Program-made: the position numbers and the translations under genes
In this document: positions 27,445 to 36,191 of the stretch, one piece after another
How the letters are laid out: every line of letters starts with the position of its first letter
Position numbering within the stretch: the first letter of the stretch is position 1
Source: Bdellovibrionota bacterium
GTDB lineage: Bacteria > Bdellovibrionota > Bdellovibrionia > Bdellovibrionales > JAMPXM01
Assembly: GCA_963170185.1 (NCBI GenBank)
Contig: CAUJGS010000041.1
Coordinates: forward strand, 8,262-72,261
Reading direction: 5' to 3'
DNA length: 64,000 nucleotides
Notes under the pieces: model-generated
Seen by the model: only the letters and a program-made list of their open reading frames with translations
Databases searched by the model: none
Told to the model about the DNA's origin: nothing

Positions 27445-28485
27445 ATGATTCTTTCGTACACGAAGACACTTCTCGTTTGTTTGGCTTTGGTGACCTCGGC
27501 GTCCGTTTCGCAGGCTGCGGAATCCAAAGGTGGAAAACTTCTCATGACGGGCGCCGGTTCGACGTTCATCAACCCGCTTTTTTCGAAATGGTTTTCCGAG
27601 TACAACAAGAAGTTTCCCAACGTTGAAATCAACTACCAGAGCATCGGTTCTGGTGGCGGTATCAAACAGCTTCAGAAAAAAACAATCGACTTCGGGGCGA
27701 CGGATGTTCCGATGACGGAAAAAGAACTCACTGATGCGGGAGCCCCGGTGCTGCATTTTCCAGTGGCGATTGGTGCGGTCGTGCTCTCGTACAATCTCCC
27801 CGAATTGAAGGGCGAGCTGAATCTCGATGCGGCCACGATTGCCGCGATCGTGAAAGGCAAAATCAAATCGTGGGATGATGCGGCTCTTAAGGCGCTCAAT
27901 CCGACCCTCGCGCTTCCTAAGCGCCCGTTGGTTTTTGTTTATCGTTCGGACTCCTCTGGTACGACCGGCGTATTCACCGAATATCTTGGCAAGAGTGACG
28001 CGACATTTGCCAAGGAAGTGGGAGTCGGCAAAGCCATCAAGTGGCCTACTGGTTTGGGTGGAAAAGGAAACGAGGGAGTCACGGCAAACTTGAAAAACAC
28101 GGTCGGTTCGATCGGCTATGTGGAACTCACCTATGCCTTGAATGAGAAGCTCCGAATGGCTGCGATCAAAAATCCGGCCGGAAAATTCGTTGTCGCAGAA
28201 TTGGGAAGTGTCACGGAGGCGGCTGCGCAGTCGCTGAAGTCGATCCCCGAGGACTTCAAGGTGTCGCTGACCAATGCTCCTGGTGCGAAGTCGTATCCGA
28301 TCTCTTCGTTTGCCTACCTACTGGCGTACGAAAAAACGGCGAAGCCAGCGGGTGAGGAGCTTGTTCGTTTGATGAACTGGGCCCTGGTTGATGGACAAAA
28401 GATGGCGCCGGCCCTTGGCTATGCGCCGCTCCCGGCGGCACTTGTTAAGAAGATGCAGCCCGCGCTGGCCAAGATGGCCAACTGA
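27445..28485 (+). CDS. pstS: phosphate ABC transporter substrate-binding protein PstS
   Basis: Signal peptide MILSYTKTLLVCLALVTSASVSQA. GAGSTFINPLFSKW, YQSIGSGGGIKQ, DSSGTTGVFT. SD AGGAG before ATG 27445. Confidence 0.9.
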   Translation: MILSYTKTLLVCLALVTSASVSQAAESKGGKLLMTGAGSTFINPLFSKWFSEYNKKFPNVEINYQSIGSGGGIKQLQKKTIDFGATDVPMTEKELTDAGAPVLHFPVAIGAVVLSYNLPELKGELNLDAATIAAIVKGKIKSWDDAALKALNPTLALPKRPLVFVYRSDSSGTTGVFTEYLGKSDATFAKEVGVGKAIKWPTGLGGKGNEGVTANLKNTVGSIGYVELTYALNEKLRMAAIKNPAGKFVVAELGSVTEAAAQSLKSIPEDFKVSLTNAPGAKSYPISSFAYLLAYEKTAKPAGEELVRLMNWALVDGQKMAPALGYAPLPAALVKKMQPALAKMAN

Positions 28486-28520
28486 TTCAAAAGCAGCTTG
28501 GGACGTCGATCGGGTGAGCC

Positions 28521-29252
28521 TTATCGGAGCTCGTTCACGAGCCTAAAAACGGAGTCGAACATCGGCTCCGTTAGACGTTTGGTATTCGTGTTCTGACGGC
28601 TCGGGTGATAGCTCCCGACTAAAAAAATATGCTCACTGCTTGGTCTGCGCCCGTAGGGTTTTGTGAGTTCCACTTTTGCGAGATGCGCGAATGCCGGCAG
28701 AGGTTTTGGTTTTTCAAAGCCCATCTCGTCGGTCAAGACGTCGAGCGCGGCCTTCCAGGCGATTCCGCCAAGTGCCAACACGACTTTCGGCTTTGCGATC
28801 TCAAAGCGACGAACCAGAAACGGTCGGCATTTTGCGATCTCCGAGGTGCTTGGCTTGTTGTCGGGCGGAGCGCAGTGGGCGACGGCGGTGATGCAGGCGC
28901 CGACAAGCTCATTGTCATTGGCCCTTTCATAGCCAGGGGTTTTTGCGAGTCCCGCTTTGTGAAGAGCGCGGTAGAGCCACTTTCCCGAATCGTCTCCCGT
29001 GAACATTCGCCCTGTGCGGTTGGCGCCATGGGCCGCCGGCGCCAGTCCCACGATCAAGACATCAGACGGTGTTGATCCGAAGTCGGGAACCGGTTTTTTC
29101 CAGTAGAGGTCGTTTCGGACTTCCTCAAGATACGCCTTTCTTGGAAGCGCTTCTCCACGAGCGACCGCCTCGCAGTGTTTGCGAAGTCGAGGGCAGCGTG
29201 TGCAGGCGATTAGGTCGCGATCAAGAGAGGTCGGCATTTTTCTCGGCTTCAT
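28521..29252 (-). CDS. uracil-DNA glycosylase, family 5 (UdgB-like, Fe-S)
   Basis: Motif A GLAPAAHGANRTGRMFTGD, motif B SYHPSRQNTNT, N-terminal Cys cluster CTRCPRLRKHC. Confidence 0.8.
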   Translation of the reverse strand: MKPRKMPTSLDRDLIACTRCPRLRKHCEAVARGEALPRKAYLEEVRNDLYWKKPVPDFGSTPSDVLIVGLAPAAHGANRTGRMFTGDDSGKWLYRALHKAGLAKTPGYERANDNELVGACITAVAHCAPPDNKPSTSEIAKCRPFLVRRFEIAKPKVVLALGGIAWKAALDVLTDEMGFEKPKPLPAFAHLAKVELTKPYGRRPSSEHIFLVGSYHPSRQNTNTKRLTEPMFDSVFRLVNELR

Positions 29253-29631
29253 CGAGTTTTTTCGTGAGGAGATCTTTTATGGTCTGGCGATCGGCTTCGT
29301 TGTTTTGAACCGACAAAAGAAACTCGCCTTCCGGGTAAAGCGCCATGGCGATTCCTTTTGAGCAGAAGTCGATGCAGCCGGACCCGTTCACGCGTGCGCG
29401 GAACTTTCCCTGAAGTCGAGGGCGCTTGATAATTTCATTTCTCAGCCACTCTTTGAGTTCACCGCGAAGGCTATCGGCCCCTAGGGGGCCGCACGATTGT
29501 TTTACGGGTCTGCCGTCGGGGGAGGGGGCTCTCGTATTGGTGCAAATCATTAAGTGAATGTCGAAAGGTCGAGTTTTGTTTTCCACATCTGCTCCGCGAG
29601 TTCCAAAATGGGTGGTTCCAATTCGAGCCAA
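29221..29631 (-). CDS. thioredoxin-like (2Fe-2S) ferredoxin family protein
   Basis: HLMICTNTR ... SCGPLGA ... VNGSGCIDFCSKG, a Cys pattern typical of COG3411-type ferredoxins. Confidence 0.55.
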   Translation of the reverse strand: MARIGTTHFGTRGADVENKTRPFDIHLMICTNTRAPSPDGRPVKQSCGPLGADSLRGELKEWLRNEIIKRPRLQGKFRARVNGSGCIDFCSKGIAMALYPEGEFLLSVQNNEADRQTIKDLLTKKLDEAEKNADLS

Positions 29632-29859
29632 GGCACCACTTGTTAGGGCTTTGATGCTTACATTTCGCTTCAGAAGATTAACGAAATAAAACTAATTGAT
29701 TTAGAAAATCTTCTTGCTTGAGCACGGATTTCGCATCATCGTTAACTCATGGTCATAATCCCTCGAGGGATGGGGCGCAAGAAAGTGAATACTTTCTCAG
29801 TACCTTGTCACCTGATCGAGTAGGAAAATCGACCGAACTCTTATGAAAGGAGGACGAGC

Positions 29860-29997
29860 ATGTTGAACATTCATCTTAAGTCTGATCGCGGAATTTGCGG
29901 TATTACGAAGCGTGATCTTGGTGGAGTCGCGGATATGGAGCTTGTCCTCCTACCAAGCGAACGCCCAGTCGTCGGCGCTTTGGTCGCAGCTAAATAA
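29860..29997 (+). CDS. candidate small ORF (45 aa), below the 60-aa cut-off of the ORF track
   Basis: A perfect SD (AAAGGAGG, 29846-29853) lies 6 nt before ATG 29860. Translation: MLNIHLKSDRGICGITKRDLGGVADMELVLLPSERPVVGALVAAK. A nested stem-loop follows at 30003-30041. Confidence 0.3.
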   Translation: MLNIHLKSDRGICGITKRDLGGVADMELVLLPSERPVVGALVAAK

Positions 29998-30278
29998 GGC
30001 GGCTCGGTAGCCTGGCTATATCAGCTGGGTGAGTAGCGAGCTAAAAACCAAAACTTTAGCAACGCGATCAGAGCCGCAGTTTCAGACGCGGCAACGAAAG
30101 CAGTAGAATTTCGAAAAATAAACGGTGGGCCTAGCGATCCTTCGTTTCCGTTGGCAACGGCGATCTTCCGACGTCTTTCGCAAAACGTTCATCCGTTCGT
30201 TTCAACAATCTGAGGTCGTTTCATCTGTGCCGTCGGGTACGGAAGGGGCGAACTCGTTTTTAAAATTAGGATTTTATA

Positions 30279-30586
30279 TGTATAAAAAGTTAAGTCAGTT
30301 AAATAGCTGGAAATCTGCGGCCGAGAATCAGTTGTCGGTCACGCTGGTTTTGATTTCCGGAGCCGAAGCGGGAAGTGCGAGAAGCAAGAGTTTCTCGAAA
30401 CGACCTTTTCGGGCTTCGAGTTTCGCGAAGATAGCAGTTCGAGTATGGAACACGATGGCGGCAGCCTGGGCTTGGGCCTTTTCTGCTCGTTTGGTTCGCT
30501 CGATCGGTCCTGGCCGTCAGGCGCTTGAAAGACACGAGTTTGAGTCGATCGAGTTAAGACAGGGCGGTTTCGGTGGCCCGTTCTAA
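30279..30586 (+). CDS. doubtful ORF (102 aa from MYKKLSQL), basic Ser/Ala/Arg-rich
   Basis: Internal ATG of ORF 30125..30586, preceded by an AT-rich tract. No SD and no recognisable domain. Listed only because the region is otherwise empty. Confidence 0.2.
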
Positions 30587-30593
30587 AATGCGG

Positions 30594-30623
30594 ATTTCTG
30601 AAATGCTTATTTCCGAAATGCTT
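30594..30623 (+). promoter_or_regulatory. two tandem 15-bp repeats, each containing a TTTCnGAAA palindrome
   Basis: ATTTCTGAAATGCTT (30594-30608) and ATTTCCGAAATGCTT (30609-30623) are immediately followed by AAAGGAGG (30624-30631). Confidence 0.4.
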
Positions 30624-30926
30624 AAAGGAGGGGCGGTTTTGCTTCGGGATGCCTATTCAAACTATGGCGACCTATAAGTGCAAATCGCACCCTCCGTGTT
30701 CTCCTTTCTAAACATCGCTTATGCACCCTGAAATATTGCCAGTGACCGTGGACGGCACTTAGACGCGTGGCTCCACTATGGTACCACTTTAACCGTCCGT
30801 GTTTTCGCCAGTTTATCTGGTGTCAAAACGACCTGGCGCAAAGCTTGCCTGCACGTTACCGGCGGAAGAACCGGTGGACCGAATCGGTGAGACCATTGCC
30901 TCCAGACGGCAAGAAACGAGGGTGCA

Positions 30927-31874
30927 GTGCTGAATACAAAGATTCCATCACGCATGGAAACTCAGCTCGAAACGAGAGACTCGAAACTCTCGACGGCTGC
31001 GCTCTTTGTTTTCTTTGTTGTGTTCGTAGGTCTTGTCTCAAACTTCCTCGCGTCGCGCGCCAACGCTCAGGCGGCAGCTCTTGCGAACGATCCGGCGACC
31101 TTGGCGGCAAATGCGGCTCAGGCGGAAAACCAAAGCCCGTTCCTCTTCACAGGCCAGTTCTTGCTCGAGACAACGCGTTCAGCAAACGAAGCTGAGCCGA
31201 TCTCGTACGGCGGCTGGTACCAGCTCACCGGTTCGGCGATCCATAAAAAAACGGCTATCAACGCAACAGCGCGGGTCGGTTACACCCGCGAATACTCGTA
31301 CGAGCGTGACGACGGGTCGGTTGGTTCGTTTGATAACCCCGGCCTCTCGCTCGCAAAGAGCTTCCGAAACGGAAAAGACTACGAGTTCTCGTACCTCGAT
31401 GCGGTTTCGGTTTCTGTCAGTGGCTCGATCGGTGCCAACGACGAATCACGGCGTCGCTCGTTCCTTTGGTCCAATGGAGTCAGCGTCACAGGTGCGAAAA
31501 CTCTGGGGAATTGGAACCTGCGCCAAGGGTTCGGCTACACGCACTCGTTTTATGAGTACGACATCCGAGATAGCGGCGTGGTGAATGCGCCGCACACGCT
31601 TCGCAGCACGACGATGGCGTTTTATTCGTTGAACGATCAGATTTCTTTCGGTGCGAGTGTTCTCTACGGATACTCGATCAGCTTCCAAGGTGTTGGACGA
31701 GCAACGACGATGGCTCAGTTCAGCGCTGACTATGCATTTACAGATAAAGTTTCGGCCTCTCTTGGAGTCGCGTCAGAACGCGGCACTTTGGAGCCCGACG
31801 GCCAAACAAATCGGATCCGGTTTTACGCGCCCGAGGCGGCGACGTATTTCTTCGATCTGATCGTCTCGCTGTAA
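30927..31874 (+). CDS. putative outer-membrane beta-barrel protein
   Basis: Signal peptide ending ASRANAQ. Alternating-hydrophobicity strands rich in Y/G/S (ARVGYTREYSY, GFGYTHSFYEY, SVLYGYSISF). Lies upstream of the metalloprotease gene. Confidence 0.55.
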   Translation: MLNTKIPSRMETQLETRDSKLSTAALFVFFVVFVGLVSNFLASRANAQAAALANDPATLAANAAQAENQSPFLFTGQFLLETTRSANEAEPISYGGWYQLTGSAIHKKTAINATARVGYTREYSYERDDGSVGSFDNPGLSLAKSFRNGKDYEFSYLDAVSVSVSGSIGANDESRRRSFLWSNGVSVTGAKTLGNWNLRQGFGYTHSFYEYDIRDSGVVNAPHTLRSTTMAFYSLNDQISFGASVLYGYSISFQGVGRATTMAQFSADYAFTDKVSASLGVASERGTLEPDGQTNRIRFYAPEAATYFFDLIVSL

Positions 31875-31935
31875 GGACATAAAGGAAAGCGTGTCTCTAG
31901 TTGAGAGATACGGTTGAAACCAGAAAGGGGCCGAC

Positions 31936-34900
31936 ATGGCTCAGGGGCAGAACAAGATGGGTAAATTCGCAACACTGGTTGCTGTATTTGCGGCGTTGGC
32001 GCTTTCGGCTTGTACGAAGACGAAAGAGACCAAGTCGATGGTCAGCCCTGATCATTATATGTCGAAGGCCGACTTCGAAGGGAAAACCTTCTCGCTCGTC
32101 CGCGGGATCGAAGAAGCAGACTCGAACAACACGGTCGGCGCGATCCCTGGTTTTTCGGAGGACTTCGGTTTTGTAACGGTACGTATTACCGAGACGGAGC
32201 TTCAGTTCATCGAGGCCTTCAATCCTCAGAATAAAAAGGAGACTCAGTCGGTCTTGGCATCTTTCGCCATCAAAGACCACTTTGATATCCAACGCGAAGA
32301 AAACGACTTCAAAGAGACAACTCACCGGATCGTTGAGAACCGTGAGCGCCCTTGGAACCAACGGAAATTCATTCGCGTTGATTTCAGTCGTCCAACAAAT
32401 GAAAAGTCGCGTTTGTCGTCATCGACCCAAGATCCAACAGCTCCAACAGAAAACGTCGTTCAGCTGGCTGATCCAAAGGTTGAGGCTGACGGCCATATCT
32501 CTTGGTTGACCGAGTTCTCGGCGGCTGGTGGCAGCTTCTGGTGGGGCGTTGAGAACAACTCGCGCGTTGTTGCTCGCACGCATCTCATGCCAGTGAAAGC
32601 TACCGATTACGAAAAGCTCAACTACCGCGAAAAGGACTTCCAGCGTTTCGGTTTCTTCTACACGCGTCAGTTGCTCGAAGACCCTGAGAAGGGTTTCTTG
32701 GACTCGAAGCTTGAAGACAACACATACGCGTTGATGCACAACGTTTGCGAAGCCGGACGCACGGACAAAAATGGCAAACCGCTTTCGTGCTCGACGAACA
32801 AAATCGTATGGCACCTCTCAAAAGGCTTCGCCGAGAAGTACAAAGACGTCACTCGCAAGGCTGTTAAAGAGTGGAACGATGTTTTCAAGAAGTCGCTCGG
32901 CCGTTCGGACGACGTCGTAGTTCTAAACGAAGATCTCGCGGTGGATGTCGTTGATCCACGTTACAACACACTTGCGTACTACGGCGCGAAGTCGCCAGGC
33001 GGTCTCTTGGGTGTCGCGCAATGGGCGTCGAACCCTGTGACGGGCGAACTGATCGCGGCTCGCGCGACAGTTTACGAAGATGGTATCCGTGGAACTCTTG
33101 GTTGGGTTGATGACATCATCACGATGATCCTCAATGACGAAGAGGTTCGTAAACTCTTCTTGGCATCCGACGAGGAAGCAAAAGAGCGTCTTTCTCGCTT
33201 GTTCCCATCGACTGGTGGATTCAAGGTTCAGGAAGATATTCAAAAGCTTCGTATGAGCATGGGTATGCCTGTTCATTCGGATCTTCGCGTCGGTTCGGAT
33301 CTCCTCGCGGACTCGCACGGAGCTACGACTGCTTTGAAGAAAGATTCGAAGTCTTTGGCGGCAAACTTTGCTCGCGGTCAAAAGTCGCCTTTCCAGAGCC
33401 AGTCTTACCGTAATTATCTCTCGCGCAAGCTGGCTGAGCCAGTGGGTCGCGGTCTGGCGCGCAAAGAAGCCTTGATGAAAAAGGCTCCCGAACTCTTTGC
33501 GGTTTCGGAAGTCGATCGTCTTGGCGGCGCAATCGGTGGTTATGACTACTCGTTTGGCTTGATCGGTGCCAAGCAACCAGCGAAGTCGCGCTTGCCTTCG
33601 ATTCAAGGTCTTGAGCACTTGCATGATGTAGGTTCGGCTCTTCGTGAAGAGCGCGCTCGCATGGTTAACCAGGCTCACACAGGTGTTCACGGTGCGGAGC
33701 TTGTTGAAGAAGCGGCGATCCGTTACATCCGTAAGATCTTGGCGAAATACCCGAACGTGAATGACTTCAAGGGTCAGGTCGCGGTGATCAAAGCTGAAAT
33801 CGACCAGCTGACGTTCTACACGACAATGCTTCACGAAATGGGGCATGCGTTCGGCCTTCGTCATAACTTCCACGGTTCTTCGGACTCAAAGCACTACCAC
33901 CCTGAGTACTTCCGTCTCTCGAAGCAGATCGAGTCCGAAGCGGCTTTGCCTGCTGACCAGAAGACAGTGACTCCAGACGACCTGCATCCGTTCATGTTCT
34001 CGTCGATCATGGATTACGGCGGCGACTTCTACGCTCAGGCGGGTGGACTCGGTCCGTATGATTTCGCGGCGATCAAGTACGCTTACAACCGTACAACGGA
34101 TCGCAACGAAGATCCCGTTGTGAAGTCTGGCTACAAGTTCTGTACGGACCACCAGGTCAACGACACGATCCTCTGTCGTCGTTTCGACAAGGGTCGTAAC
34201 GTTTCCGAGATCACGGCGAACATGATCGAGGACTACCACAATAACTGGGTTCTCTCTCACTTCCGTCGTGACCGTGCGAACTTTGAACAGCGCGCTCGTA
34301 GTTACCCAATGGCGGCTCTTGTTCGCTACTTCATTCCGATCCGTCAGGTCATGGACGAGTACATCTACTCGTTGATCGATGCGAAAGATGTTGCGGCTGG
34401 TGAAAACGAGTGCGGTATGGAGCACTGGAAAAAATCGGTCGATGCGGGCGAGATCGTCAACGTCTGTGACCCGCTTGCGGCTGAGCAGGTAGGTGTTGAT
34501 CCGACGGATCTTTCGACGTTCGCTGCGGGCCTTTTTGGCGAGCAGGGACTTCGCAAGAACCCAATGGAGTACGAAGCCTACGGTTTGGCTGACTTGGTTT
34601 ACGCCGATGCGATTGCGAAGCAGTTCTTCGTTGAAGTTCTTGGTTCGGCAGAGCCCGGCACGTTCATCGCGCTTCCAATTGCTCCTGGAAAGTTCCAACT
34701 CGAACAGATTCCTTCGAGCGGTGACCTTGAAGAAAACTTGGCGCAGTTCGCAGCCGAGCGTGGGTTCCCGACGACACCTGACGTGATCGGTCAGATGAAA
34801 CAACTTGTGGGTCGTATCGACATCGGTCGCTATGGAAAACCATTTGTTTCGGAAGCCGACGAGACAGGTCCGTTTGTTCGTCAAAAGAATATCGGAGCCT

Positions 34901-36144
34901 TCTTCGACAAGTACGTAGCGATGATAGCTCTTGGTATCAAAGACATCGGTGTGCCGAAGTACTACCGCCGTTCGATGACGGGCAACGCGTACGCGTACCC
35001 ACAGACGAAGGACTTCGCGACTCAGATGATCAAGGCGATGATCACGCAGAAGGATCGTATCTTGACGATTCCGTTTAAGACACAAGTCGGAGTTATTCCG
35101 GTTGCTGTTGAGCCGTCGTTGAACCTCGATGTTAAGGCGATTGGGACGATCACGGCCCTTGTCGACTTCGTTTCGGATTCGGATGAATCGATTGCGGATT
35201 CGCTTCGCGTCTGTTCGCTCAATGACCAAGGGTGCCGCGCTGGTTTTGGTCAGAAGACAGTTGAGTTCACGACTGCAAGCGGTCAGGACGTTTACCGTTC
35301 GGTTCAGACTCTGAAGGAAGATTCGATTTCGTTCGATCTTTTGACAGAAGCTGCGGCGATCGACAAAGAGCGTAAAGAGTGGGTCACAAAGCTGCAAAAA
35401 GCTTCGGACACAATCGCTACGAACATCATGAAGCTAGAAGAGCTTAAGCCAGTTCGCGAATCGATGATCAAGACGCTTGAATCTCTTGAGATCGCGGAGA
35501 TGGCGCAGATTCTTCCGATGGTTTTCACTGACGACGAAAAGACACCGTCGCTGTGGAATATCACGAAATTGGTTGCGACAAAGGGCGAGGAGATTCCTCT
35601 GTTCCTGACGTTGAACATGACTCAGCAAGCGGGTGGCGCGTTGGAAGCTGTCGGCGGGCTGATCGTAGCGGAGATCCAAAAGATCGACCCTAAGAACGAG
35701 TGTCCTGTTCCGATGGCAGTTGAAGGTGAAGAGCCGGTAGAAGCACAGGGTGGAGATAAGCAGGGACCAAATGGTGGCCTGCCGACCGTAACGGGACTTC
35801 GTGGTCGCGCGAACGGAATTCGCCTTGCGGGTGGCGCGGTCTTGCGCCCAGGCTCTCCTCTTCTCAACAACAATGCACCAGTTGTTCAGCCAAATGGTCC
35901 GGCAACGGCTGAAGAGCCTAAGATGCCGGCGCATTGCGCGGAAATCTTGGAGCGGAAAAAGACTCTTGTCGCGGCGGTGACTGAGTTCCAAGGCTTCGCA
36001 AAAGGTGTTGGAGAACTCTTGAATGGTGCGCTTGAAATCAAAGTCGCTCCGCTTCGCGTGAAACGTGCGACGGATGAGCTTCAGCGTGCCGAAGCCAATA
36101 TTCGATTGATTCGCCGTGTATCGAAAGCGGTCGGTCTCGAATAA
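31936..36144 (+). CDS. large zinc metalloprotease lipoprotein (metzincin-type HExxHxxGxxH)
   Basis: Lipobox FAALALSAC. Active site TMLHEMGHAFGLRHNFHGSSD. 1402 aa. SD AAAGGGG before ATG 31936. Confidence 0.85.
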   Translation: MAQGQNKMGKFATLVAVFAALALSACTKTKETKSMVSPDHYMSKADFEGKTFSLVRGIEEADSNNTVGAIPGFSEDFGFVTVRITETELQFIEAFNPQNKKETQSVLASFAIKDHFDIQREENDFKETTHRIVENRERPWNQRKFIRVDFSRPTNEKSRLSSSTQDPTAPTENVVQLADPKVEADGHISWLTEFSAAGGSFWWGVENNSRVVARTHLMPVKATDYEKLNYREKDFQRFGFFYTRQLLEDPEKGFLDSKLEDNTYALMHNVCEAGRTDKNGKPLSCSTNKIVWHLSKGFAEKYKDVTRKAVKEWNDVFKKSLGRSDDVVVLNEDLAVDVVDPRYNTLAYYGAKSPGGLLGVAQWASNPVTGELIAARATVYEDGIRGTLGWVDDIITMILNDEEVRKLFLASDEEAKERLSRLFPSTGGFKVQEDIQKLRMSMGMPVHSDLRVGSDLLADSHGATTALKKDSKSLAANFARGQKSPFQSQSYRNYLSRKLAEPVGRGLARKEALMKKAPELFAVSEVDRLGGAIGGYDYSFGLIGAKQPAKSRLPSIQGLEHLHDVGSALREERARMVNQAHTGVHGAELVEEAAIRYIRKILAKYPNVNDFKGQVAVIKAEIDQLTFYTTMLHEMGHAFGLRHNFHGSSDSKHYHPEYFRLSKQIESEAALPADQKTVTPDDLHPFMFSSIMDYGGDFYAQAGGLGPYDFAAIKYAYNRTTDRNEDPVVKSGYKFCTDHQVNDTILCRRFDKGRNVSEITANMIEDYHNNWVLSHFRRDRANFEQRARSYPMAALVRYFIPIRQVMDEYIYSLIDAKDVAAGENECGMEHWKKSVDAGEIVNVCDPLAAEQVGVDPTDLSTFAAGLFGEQGLRKNPMEYEAYGLADLVYADAIAKQFFVEVLGSAEPGTFIALPIAPGKFQLEQIPSSGDLEENLAQFAAERGFPTTPDVIGQMKQLVGRIDIGRYGKPFVSEADETGPFVRQKNIGAFFDKYVAMIALGIKDIGVPKYYRRSMTGNAYAYPQTKDFATQMIKAMITQKDRILTIPFKTQVGVIPVAVEPSLNLDVKAIGTITALVDFVSDSDESIADSLRVCSLNDQGCRAGFGQKTVEFTTASGQDVYRSVQTLKEDSISFDLLTEAAAIDKERKEWVTKLQKASDTIATNIMKLEELKPVRESMIKTLESLEIAEMAQILPMVFTDDEKTPSLWNITKLVATKGEEIPLFLTLNMTQQAGGALEAVGGLIVAEIQKIDPKNECPVPMAVEGEEPVEAQGGDKQGPNGGLPTVTGLRGRANGIRLAGGAVLRPGSPLLNNNAPVVQPNGPATAEEPKMPAHCAEILERKKTLVAAVTEFQGFAKGVGELLNGALEIKVAPLRVKRATDELQRAEANIRLIRRVSKAVGLE

Positions 36145-36191
36145 TCTATGAAATAGTAGAGGGGGGAATGAGAATTCTCGTTCCTTTGAGC

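Noticed and set aside
28486-28520. Possible fifth, degenerate copy of the repeat family after the UDG stop (minus strand TAAGG...AAGCTGCTTTTGAATCA).
   Set aside because: Only the TAAGG and AAGCTGCT words match, and neither hairpin is present. This is too weak without a model-based search.
29770-29840. TPP-riboswitch-like fragments (GGGGCGC ... ACCTGATC) in the sORF leader.
   Set aside because: The obligatory CUGAGA and the GCCAGCG/AGGGA pyrophosphate-sensor helix are missing. The similarity is limited to short words.
30688-30710. GCACCCTCCGTGTTCTCCTTTCTAA resembles the 3' end of 16S rRNA (CACCTCCTTTCTA).
   Set aside because: No rRNA context surrounds it and the similarity is short and imperfect. 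It is treated only as a possible anti-SD-like pairing partner in the finding above.
30850-30926. Cobalamin-riboswitch-like words (GGAAGAACCGGTGG) just upstream of the OMP gene.
   Set aside because: No B12 box (GCCACTG) and no conserved core helices are present.
30125-31195. ORFs 30125..30586 (+), 30299..30535 (-) and 30767..31195 (+) as genes filling the ORF-poor region.
   Set aside because: No SDs are present and composition is low-complexity basic. The last one overlaps the signal-peptide-bearing OMP gene out of frame. Only the MYKK internal start is retained as a 0.2-confidence feature.
32923-35397. Long minus-strand ORFs (316 aa and 503 aa) inside the metalloprotease gene.
   Set aside because: They are antisense to a gene with clear catalytic motifs, and their Arg/Leu/Val-rich composition is typical of shadow ORFs.
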